Assembly: GCF_018977255.1 (NCBI RefSeq)
Contig: NW_024704742.1
Coordinates: forward strand, 28,398,001 to 28,462,000
From: Callorhinchus milii
Lineage: Eukaryota
Length of the DNA stretch: 64,000 nt
Direction: 5' to 3'
This document shows, piece by piece, positions 53,705 to 64,000 of the stretch (its first letter is position 1; every line of letters starts with the position of its first letter). The notes beneath the pieces are model-generated. The model had not been told where the DNA came from. It saw only the letters and a list, made by a program, of their open reading frames with translations, and made no database searches. The position numbers and the translations under genes were made by a program.

Positions 53705-54065
53705 AAACTTTCCAGGGGCTATTTATGTGCATATGCATCAACTTGTGCCAAAGTGTGGTAAGTTTTGGGTTCAACTAAGAACTTAGTTCAGTTTGTCAAA
53801 GCACATTTCGCATGAGACCTGTTGAGCCTGAAAAGAGATCAATGCGCTAGATCAGTCTCCCTGGTCCTAAAAACGAAAGGATTGTCACAAAATCACAAGA
53901 TTAGTTCAGATAAAGAAGGCTATCTGATCTCATTCCTCTAGAACAAGGTGGTCCACCTGGTGGCACCCCAGCCACATCTGGCCCCACCCACCCCTCCATC
54001 CATTTCATCTAGACGACCCGCTCCCTCCATAACGCATAAATGTTATGTTTTTGGAAGGGAAACAC

Positions 54066-55731
54066 AAACAACAACAACAACACGATTCCATTTATAGAGT
54101 GCCTTTCACATCGGGAGGAAGTCCCAAGGCGCTGGACAGTTGAGTCAGGACCCGAGCCTTGGGGGGAAAATGGTCAGGGTGAGGGGCGGGAAGGGAGGGA
54201 ACGAGGAGGAGGTAGAGAGTCGAGAGAGGAGCTGAAGGCACGGTCAAAGAGAAAGGTCTTGAGACCGGCCTTGAAGGAGGAAAGGGAGGAGGCGGCGAAG
54301 GCACTGGGGTTGGAGTTCCAGAGCCTCGGGGCTGAGAGGCTGAGGCCCGGCCACCGATTGTAGGGCGGTTGGGGCGGGGGATGTGGAGCAGACCGGAGCC
54401 AGAGGAACGGAGGGTACGGGCAGGTAAGTAGGGGGATAGTAGGTCGGAGAGGTAGGAGGGAGCAAGGCCGTGAATGGCCTTGTAGGTGAAAATGAGGATC
54501 TTGAATTCAAACCTCTGGGGGATGGGGAGCCAGTGGAGGCGAGCGAGGGTGGGAGTGATGTGGTCGCGAAGCCTGGTGCGGGACAGTACACGAGCTGCAG
54601 AGTTCTGAATGACCTGTAGCTTGTGGAGAGAGGTGCTGGAAAGGCCGACGAGGAGAGAGTTCCCATAGTCCAGCCTTGAGGTGATAAAGGCGTGGACCAG
54701 AGTTTCAGCAGCGTGAGGGGTGAGGTAGTGCCGTAGTCTGGCGATGTTCCGGAGGTGATGGAAGGCGGTGCCAGTTGTGGCGCGGATATGAGGAAGAAAG
54801 GACAGCTCAGGGTCGAACAGAACCCGAGGTTCCTGACTGGCTTTGAGAGGTGGAGAGTGCAGCCTTGGATGCTGATGCTGTCAGCGCCTGAGGTGCGGAG
54901 GCGCTGACGTGAGCCAATCAGGAGGGCCTCAGTTTTGTGCACGTTGAGCTGAAGAAAGTTGTCTCTCGTCCAGGACTCAATGTCGGACAGGCAGCTGTCA
55001 GGACATCGGTGGTCGTGGAGTTGAGGGTAGAGGAGGAAAGGTAGAGTTGGGTGTCATCCGCATACATGTGGAAGTTAACCCCATGTCTGCGGATGATGTC
55101 ACCAAGGGGGAGCATATGGAGGGTGAAGAGGAGGAGACCGAGGACAGAGCCCTGAGGGACACCACACGAGACAGTGCAGGGGCTGGAGGAAAAGCCGTTT
55201 GTGGAAACAAAATGAAGACGGTGGTAGAGGTAGGACCTAAACCACTCAAGGACAGGGCCTTGAAGGTTGAGGTGGGAGGACAAGCGGTGGAGGAGGATAG
55301 AGTGGTCGACCGTATCGAATGCTGCCGAGGAGGACGAGGAGGCAGAGGGAGCCCTGGTCGCAGATGGTCAAGATGTCGTTGGTGACCTTGACCAAGGCGG
55401 TTTCTATGCTATGGGCAGCACGGAAATCTGACTGAAGGGGTTCGATTAATACATGGGTGGAGATGAAAGAGCGCAGCTGGGAGGCGGCAACTCTTTCAAG
55501 GACCTTAGACAGGAAGGGGAGGTTGGAGATGGGCCGGTAGCTTGATAGCTGCGATGCATCAAGGGAGGATTTTTTCAAAGTGGGAGTGTTGATGGAAATT
55601 TTTAGGGGAATGGGAACAGAGCCAGAGGAGAGGGACAGGTTGATGATGTCTGTGATAAGTGGGGCAAGGAGGTGAAGCTGAGAGATAAGGAGTGGAGCGG
55701 GAATGGGGTCAAGGGAGCAGGTGGTGGGTTT
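54066..55731 (-). mobile_element. ~1.65-kb L2 LINE with frameshifted RT
   Basis: [67 protein letters not shown]. Confidence 0.95.
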
Positions 55732-57519
55732 AACAGATTGCTTATGTGGCCTGCGGATGTTTCTCAAATAGGCATCCAACCCTTAGCAGCCAAAAGGTTG
55801 GACCACCCCACTCTAGAATATACACCCTGTCATCCACCCATCACAGTATCAAGCTTTTCTAAATGAGTCTAGTGCCCTGGCCTCAACCACACTTCCTGGC
55901 AGTCTGTTCCAGTTGCTAATTGTGTTGCCATTCATGGCAGCACCTGGTTCCCTTCACCTTAGTGAAGCGCAAATCTCAGCCTTTTCTGGGAGCTTTACTC
56001 AGAAACAGTGAGTTACAAGTCTCAGAGAAGTCACTAAACACAACGATCAAAGGAATATAAAAAGTCGGGAGTAGTGAGCAAACTAGAAATCAAAGTTTAC
56101 TGATTAAGTCTTGCACTCAGGAAGTACCATCCTGGTATAGGAGGATCCACTAAATCAAGATTTTAAAAACGTTACAAATTATACAACACATTATAGAAGA
56201 CCTGAAATGCGTCCCTCTTTATAGCACAATCTGGAGAGAAGCCAGAAAAATAATTTATTCCAATAGGATTTTCTTCCATATCACTTTGTTCCTTCATTGA
56301 TCAAAGACGCACACTGCAAACCTTTATTGATCAACATTGGAAATTTTTTTCCATTTTCCTTTGATTTAGGGGTAGTTCAGGCAGGGGTCAAAGCAGTGAG
56401 GTCAGAAAAAAAATTGGGTCCTTTTTTGCGGGACATTTGCTGCTGTTGTGGTTTTCTCCAGCACACTGTTAATATGTCACACAAATATGCAGAAAAAAAT
56501 CAAATTATCCCCCTGAAATGTTGTTTTACTTTCTTTTACTGCAATACCTGTAGATAAAAATCACTGAAATAAATAAATCTGGCATACATGAAAAACAGAG
56601 AACAGCTTTCATAAATCCCCAGCCAATATCTCAGCTCTGCATTTTTTTCACCTTTGATTCAGTTCTTGGTTTCCTAACCTCTTAACACTCCCATCACTGT
56701 GTATGCACTACACATGGATGAAGACTGGAAGATAATAAATACATAAATCTACTGCTGGATTTTGCTGGGATATTGTAGGAAAATGCCACTGCAGTCCTCA
56801 AAGACTTGACATGTATATTGAAAGAAACAAGATTGTAGAGCAACAGAGAAACATATTTTATATTATATAGTATAAACCATTAAAATGTTGCTTAAAGCAT
56901 CCTTTCAGCAATGCTGTAAATTCTTCAAATGAAACATAACATTGATTTATAATACTTTCCCCCTACGTCATATTGCATTGATGTTGCAACTGAAATCAGG
57001 ATGTAGAATGAATAGTGATAAGCAACCAGTTATTATTAATCACCAGAGGTAAATGTGTGTGAAAGGGGACAAGGCTGAGAATTGACCTTGGGATTCAGAC
57101 GGTCTTCAATAAGCCTGAGCTTGAATCCCAGTTCCTCTTAAACCTTTGTCCAGATCTAAATATTATTCCCATATTATTCCGCATACGTTCCGCTCCATGA
57201 ATCTACTGAGTTGAATTTCTCTGCAGTACATTGCTAATAGTAACTAAAATGGGTGGTGTAATTTGTGGAGTAAAATAACAGTAAGTAAGCCTAGTGTTCT
57301 TGTTAAGTGGACTTGGACCTTGAAAACACCAATGTGACTGGCGTGTCAAAAGTTGTCCTATAAAGGACCCCCCAACACACTGAAGACAAACGTCCATCAG
57401 ATAACTGATGAGGAAACACTTGAGCTTGGCGACAGCTGCTGCATGGCATTATCTAGAGACCGAGTTCGTGAGCGCATGTTTCTTTATCCAGCATTTGGAA
57501 TCCATCTTGAGTGATTTGA

Positions 57520-58075
57520 AGAGAGCTAAGCAGCTGCTGCTCAAGCTCCACAGCTCAACTGGTGGAACCATCACTCGATGGGATAGGATGTGTATAAGCT
57601 GTGGGCAGGAAGATGCTGGCAATCCTCTCATTCATTTCATGCTTAGCCATGTTGCCCACCATGGCTCGTGGTCAGGGGCACACCAATTACTGGGGGGCAG
57701 GGATTCTTCCCGCACAGCTCCTGTCAACCCTGTGAGATAAAGCACTAATGGTTAGGGTGGTCCCAGCTGGCCAAGCAGCAGCTGAGACCACCCTCACCAA
57801 ACCGTGCTTTCAATAACCAGATATGCAGTTTTAGCTGGTTAGACTGCAGCAGTACCGCAATGCAAAATCTGGAGTCCCCAAGCCTTGGCTCTTGCCGACC
57901 TGCATCTAATACTCTTCAATATTACTCAAGCATGATGCTTCCCTCCAGGGAGGGTGTGCATTCCATTCCAATAAATATTTTGGGAATTTCTATGTATAGG
58001 TGGGATACACGTAACTCTCACTTTGGTTTGGATACTCTTAAGCACGGTGATAGGTTTACACATGAGGCAGACATC
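57520..58075. repeat. Unidentified old interspersed repeat, copy C (opposite orientation to A and B)
   Basis: Reverse complement matches A/B (tggaatggaatgcacaccctccctggaggg; gttgacaggagctgtgcgggaagaatcc). Confidence 0.7.
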
Positions 58076-60009
58076 AGCTGCTCCCCACCCGACCCCCACC
58101 CCCCAAAAAGAATCTGTTTTTATATACTGTATGTCCAAAATTCCAAAGTTTTTTTTGGAAGACAAACGGTAACCCAGTAAAATCTTTAATTAGTCCGTAT
58201 TTGCTGTTCGATAACAGTAAACATTAGTTTACTCACCGCTTTCCATACTTCAGAACAGCTTTAACAACTGCTTTTCGTATGGCTTCTCGGAATGCGTAAA
58301 CATGAATCCAAGCTCATTTACAAGTGCCGGACATGTCGGCTTGGAAAGAATGTAAAATTTTAGTTATTCTTATCTCAATACTTGTGGCACACCTTAAAAT
58401 TGGTCTGTCTGCACCTTTCAAAAAATCCAGCTGGCAACATCTAATTGTACAGTATTATCTGTGGTCGGGCTTCAATTTGAGTAAAACATTTTATTATCTT
58501 ACAAGTCCATTCAAGACTATGACAAAGCTTATATTTTCTTTAAAGATATAAAAAGTGTCTTATTGTTTAATTTTTTAAATAAAATGTAAAATGTAAAATA
58601 AAATGTATTCAGTTCCTCTGTTTTGTTTAAAAAAAAGGCCAAAGATCTTGAAGGCTGAAGGGAATGGAAATTAAGCCTGGATGTGTTAAACACTGTCCCT
58701 TGCATTTATATATATTTAGAACTGAACAGCAAATGAACCCTGTGAACAATAAAGAATTGTCAAGAAACCTTACTCAGAAAGAAACAGCCCTCAAGTACCG
58801 GTTAATGTTGCTTCTCGTGTCATGTCGGGGAAGACTACACAGGTCCTTACTTTGCCTGAACATGAGAAGAATTCCCTTCCTGACAATTGTAACCTCAAGC
58901 AAAACAATCGGACAACAGGCCTAGTTAAATATTTGGCTTATGAAACCTCTTAAGTGCGTAATTTCTTTATGGTTAACAGCAAAAGTACCATAGGTATCAC
59001 ATATGTGTTTTTTCCTTTACACATAATATTCTTTTCTCATATCCTTGCATGATGAATAAATCTACCTCAGTTTTTCATTCTCATTAGCTGTCAAGGTGGG
59101 CCAAATGGCCACCTTCTGTGCTGTGAATTTCAATGGTTCAATGGTTCTATGGGAGAACCAGACAGATAGCTAAGGAGTAATTTGCAGGTGTATGGGAAAA
59201 ATGCAGGAAAACGGGACTCTTTCAAACAGCAGCACACACACAATGGGCCGACTGGCAGCCTTCTGGGCTGTACATTTCAAGGTTCTAATCAGGTATGTAA
59301 GTTTAAATTGTTTTAGCAAAAGGTTCAATGACCCTGACAGAATAATCACTAATGAATTACCAGTTCTTAGTTTTTGCATTTCTTCATGTTCTATCTATCA
59401 CTGACAGGTATCCTACACAAAGAAACTCCCTAGTACTCTTTAGCTTAAGAGATGTTTTGAAATGAGTTAATCCGCTATACTGAGGGAGAAAATTGCACAT
59501 TAAGGCCGAGGCTAAAACCTATTTACAGCATAAGTTCGCCTTGTACCTTCAAGTCTTCAAAATCACAGTCTTTATTTGATGTTCAAAGATCGGCATTCAT
59601 TCATATCCAAGTGGACAGAAGAAGAATCATAAATGCTAATTGACTAGTAAGCTCTGGCATGCTGCCTTATTTCAGTAACTCTTGTCATCTGAATTCTCTG
59701 CTTAATACTTGGACAATAATGGATATTTGCTTTCATATTAGTAGGCTATCGTTATAGTATCAGTAGTAATTAATTACTTCTAAATATTAATGATTTGATG
59801 CTTTTTTGGTGAAGATGCAGTGTGTGCCTTTGTAACCTAAAGAATGATGCTCGTCTTTCACAGAATTAATAATAATGGCAGCAAGGTTGAACGAGCCAGC
59901 CAAATGAGGTATTTAATTATTGGCACTGAGTTTGTGGCTTCAGAATTCCAAAAGCTAACACAGAACACAAGGTTTCAGATTGCTTCTGAACTACTGGAAA
60001 CTGACGTTC

Positions 60010-60240
60010 TGTGCAGAATACAGTCACTATACATTACAGTATATCTTGTGGGTTGCATTGAAACATCCTTCCAATGCGAAAAGCACTACATTAAATGCAA
60101 TATACTGTACATATCAAATACAATATAATACAATATAATGCATTTAATTTGGAGCCTTATCACGTCCTTGAGATGTCGCAAAGTGCTTCACAGAATATAT
60201 TGTAAAGTGGATTGACTGTGTATTTTGTGGGAAAATGCAT
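60010..60240. mobile_element. Tail-to-tail inverted SINE 3' ends
   Basis: A plus tail (60012-60100) faces a minus tail (60135-60240). Confidence 0.75.
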
Positions 60241-60355
60241 ATCAAATACTACTGCTAATATTATTATGTATATTCAATGCAATTTATACCCTTTGTGAGG
60301 AGATAATACAATCTGCTGGACAAAGATTTCAATTCAGTCTTTCCTGTCTCTCTCT

Positions 60356-60707
60356 TTAAGCATCCCTACCAACCTGCCTGCTCCCTCCGTTCAGCGGGCT
60401 CCGGCCTGCTCCATGTCTCCCACCGACCCACCCCACCATCGGTGGCCGGGCTTTCAGCCTCTCTGCCTCCACACTCTGGAATTCCATTCCACAGTCCCTT
60501 CGCCTCACTTTCTCTCTTGCCTCCTTCAAGGCTGGTCTCAAGACCCTTCTCTGCGATCGTGCCTTCAGTCACCCTCCCATCTCTCTGCCTTCCCTCACCC
60601 CTACCCCACCCCTCCCCCATGCTTGGGTCCCGACCCTGACTGTCCAATGCCTTGGGACGTCCTCCCAATGTGAAAGGAGCTCTATAAAAGTAATTTTATT
60701 GTTGTTG
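60356..60707 (+). mobile_element. L2 3' fragment
   Basis: Reverse complement of the 48594-48940 type; ends gggacgtcctcccaatgtgaaagg...ttgttgttgt. Confidence 0.9.
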
Positions 60708-61369
60708 TATTAAGTATTAACCTTGATTTTTTTCCACTGATCTTATGCATCTTATGAACAATGCAATTCTTACATTATAATTGTCCTGATGAAGAAAATT
60801 AAATAAGATCCACAATCTTGCAAAACAAGGCCTTTGAAATGTGCTTATCATGACTGACCTGCTTGAAAGTCTGTGAAATTCAGTGTCACATCACTTAGTT
60901 TAATTTTACTTTAATTTGAATCAAAATTTCAGGTCATTGTGGGAACTCTGTGCAGAATGTAAGTTGATGATTATTTTCACCTTTCTCCTTGATTGTTATA
61001 CTTACATGATGTTAAAATTAATTGGATTTTTAAAAGCGGAGTTCAACCTACTATGATAATGTGATTAGTTCTGCAGTTCTTCAGTCAAACTGAAGATATT
61101 TGGCATAAGTCAACCTTGCCATGACCATGAAGTCTTCCTATTTTTGACCATGAACCCTGTAACCTTGTTAGTTTATGAATTACCCAATTATTGTGCATTT
61201 AAAGCTCATGCTTTCACAGTTCGGAAAGCTGGTATAAAACACGATCTGGTACTTTTCGTGGCCTATGGACCCCTGGAAACTGCCTGTGTCAGATGACATT
61301 TTACTGCACAAACTATTTTGAGCTCATAGTCTGGATTAACACTCTAGTGAAGGGCTGGGGAAGGGCTGC

Positions 61370-61760
61370 ATTTTTGGTGGTACAATCCTTTGGTTCAAAT
61401 CGAACCCAACTTCCACTGCACTCAAGTGTAGTGCTAAGGCTGTCCTGCATTGTTGGAGCAGATCATTTGGATGAAACGTTAAACCAGAGCTCGTCTGCTT
61501 GTTCAGGTAGACATTGAAGATTCTATGACACTATTCCAAAAGAGAAGGGAGTTTCTTTTCCCCCGCTGTCCTGGGCAACAATTTCCAAAATTAATTGATT
61601 GATTGTTCCCTTCATGAATGTTGTGTTCGTAGGACATTGCTGTGCATAAATTGCTGCTGCCTTCACCTAGAAATACAAAGTCACTTTACAGCAATTAGCT
61701 GTGAAGCACTTGGACATGTTTTGGTATTGTAGGAGCTATATCAAATACAAGGAATCATTT
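61370..61760 (+). mobile_element. Old SacSINE1-like SINE
   Basis: ttggatgaaacgttaaaccagagctcgtctgc...ggacattgctgtgcataaattgctgc...tatcaaatacaagg. Confidence 0.75.
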
Positions 61761-61927
61761 TATTCAATAATTATAGATAATGTCAAGATGTTCATGCATG
61801 AAAGAACTAACAATAGATTTACCTTTGGTTATGTCAGCTGCTCAATTAACAATAGTGGAGGTGAGGAGCTATAGCTGAAAATCAGGTGCCATTCCTCTTG
61901 TCATTTTTCATGAATGTTTTATATCAA

Positions 61928-62180
61928 TAATGATGCTTGTATTTGATATAACGCCTTTCAAGTTGGGAGGTGTTTTGCAGGATTTACTGTAAAGTGTAGT
62001 GACTAGGCATTTTGCAGGTGAATGTGGCAGCCAATTTGCACAGAGCAATGTCGCACAACAACCATGAACCAATTTCATTTGGGGGAATTGTTAGCCAGGT
62101 CATCAGAAGAAATTCCCTTTTTTTTTGAATAATGCCATGAATGTTCTTGAGTGTCTACCTGACAGGCAGATGAGACCTTA
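61928..62180 (-). mobile_element. Old Deu-SINE fragment, inverted relative to 61370-61760
   Basis: ggcagccaatttgcacagagcaatgtcgcacaac. Confidence 0.7.
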
Positions 62181-63687
62181 GAAACAAAGTTATCTACAGA
62201 CAGAAGGAGGCCATTTGGCCCATTAAGTCTGCTCCAGCTCACAGAAGAAGGAGATCAATTCACACCGACCACCTCACCTTCTCCCTATATCCCTTCAAGC
62301 CCCTCTCTCTAATAGGACAGAATATTATCACAGCATTATGCTATTTATAACATAGTGCTGGGATGTCAAAATAAGCGTTGAATTTTGCCAGGTCAATGCA
62401 CTCCAACTTTAACTTTTAATTATGGAGTCAGATTGTTTGCATGTGGAATTAACTGAAGATTTATTGCATGCCGCTGAAGTTAAATGCCTAAAAAATCTTC
62501 ACATATAATTTATGTTGAATGTATTATTTGTTAGTAAGTACAGCAGCCAGTTTACTCACATCACGATAACACAAACAGATGAAATGAATGACCACATTAT
62601 CTGGAGGATTGTTGGCCAAGATACCTTTTGAATAATAAGATGGGACGGTTAATGTCCACATGAATGAGTAGATGAGACTTTGGATAATGCCTCATCTGAG
62701 GAAAGATTAGTAGATCAGGAATTGAGAAAAACAGCCCTTTTACAATGCTACAGTGGGCTGTATTAAAATGCACTTCTGTACAGCGTGATTTGGCTATAAT
62801 GCAATTGCAGCATGGACCTCATTCAGTGCGATGTGCTGATCCGACCCATTCATCTCCATTGCCCAACAGGCTTTCATGCTAAAAGGGTCACTGCCTATAT
62901 CACTTTGGGTGTGCTGCGCATGCACAAGGCAGGAAGTAATGTTTGTGGTGACCGGATTACCCAAAATTTTAGTTTCCTATGATAAAATAAAGTTAGCGCA
63001 TTATGTGTTGTGCAGCAACAGAAAGCTATGTCAGCAACCCAGTTGCCAGCCATTTTCTTTTAGCTCAGGCACGCAGGAAACAATCTTTACAGTGTAGCCT
63101 GTGAAGCGCTTCAAGACATCTCAACAGAGTGGTAAGGTGCTGTATCAAATGCAAAAGTTATACTGTATTGTAGAAAACGAGTAGCAATAAAATTTTGGGG
63201 CTAACCGGTTATCTGAAATATGCAGAAACCCATCTCTGTGCTTCAGAATCTCCAAATCAATCTGCTGAGAGTTCCACATTTGTACCATTTCTGAGTAGCA
63301 AGTGGCAGAATCTGTGTTTGTGCTTGACTGATGTGTGTTCTACATCTTTTAGGGTACACCACACATTCACAGGCTTCAACATCCTGAAAAAAACAATTAG
63401 GGGTCTGTTGTCACCACCACCAATCCTGACAAGGAAATGAACGTTATGAGTGAAAAATGTGAAATATGATGTGATAATTATCACCAGGGATAATAACATC
63501 ACATGCCTTTTTCAGCCCATTGTGAATAGTACCACTTTAACACTACTCTTTTATATCCAGTTGATACTTTACAAAGGCTGTATTTTCTCTAAATCAGATG
63601 GTCCAGTGCCCCCACACACAGGAATTCTGGCTTATTGATGGAAAGTCTATGTCTGTGTATTCACACCATCTCCTTCAACAACATAAT

Positions 63688-63890
63688 AATAATACTTTGC
63701 ATTAATTTCACATTGGGAGGATGTTTCAAAGCACTTCACAGGATTTCGTATAAAGTGACGGTGTATTTTGTAGGTCAATGTGGCAGCCAGTTTGCACGCA
63801 GCATTGTTCCACAAACAGCCATGAAGTGAAAGACTAATTTTATCTGGGGGTTTGTTTACCAGGACACCAGGAGAAACTCCCAGTATCACT
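63688..63890 (-). mobile_element. Old Deu-SINE fragment
   Basis: ggcagccagtttgcacgcagcattgttccacaaacagcc...ggacaccaggagaaactccc. Confidence 0.7.
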
Positions 63891-64000
63891 GACCATGTAT
63901 TATGATGACGCAAAGATATTTGGTCATAATATGAAGTAGCACTGGAGTTTGTCCAGCTTGCGGAGAATTCGACCTCCCCTCTACCTTCAAAAGGCACCTT

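Noticed and set aside
53950..53968. Isolated CTCF-like motif ccacctggtggcac
   Set aside because: A single imperfect match is expected by chance in 64 kb and has no supporting context.
48594..55779. Intact reverse transcriptase gene, retron or DGR-like system
   Set aside because: All RT motifs belong to 5'-truncated, frameshifted L2 LINEs with no endonuclease or ORF1.

Overview
AT-rich, CpG-depleted vertebrate genomic DNA, very probably a cartilaginous fish. The tRNA/Deu-domain SINEs with L2 tails plus abundant L2 and CR1 LINEs resemble the holocephalan (elephant shark-like) repeat landscape; this is inference. Only one host coding exon is recognisable in 64 kb: a 90-nt phase-1/phase-1 exon at 14139-14228 (+) encoding the DAD autoinhibitory motif of a diaphanous-related formin (DIAPH1-like). 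The rest looks like intron or flanking DNA. It holds 5'-truncated L2 and CR1 LINEs (several nested), two SINE lineages, a probable solo LTR, an unidentified 3-copy repeat, and repeat-free TAAT-rich islands. I do not see a demonstrably new biological system. The most unusual signals are a 110-bp-arm fold-back hairpin at a SINE tail, recurrent snap-back palindromes at retroelement 5' junctions, and two pairs of local non-TE duplications that each start at splice-acceptor-like sites (one pair has a perfect 43-bp core). A further hypothesis is that the DAD exon is a frame-neutral cassette bracketed by inverted SINEs. Repeat boundaries are approximate because they were read by eye.
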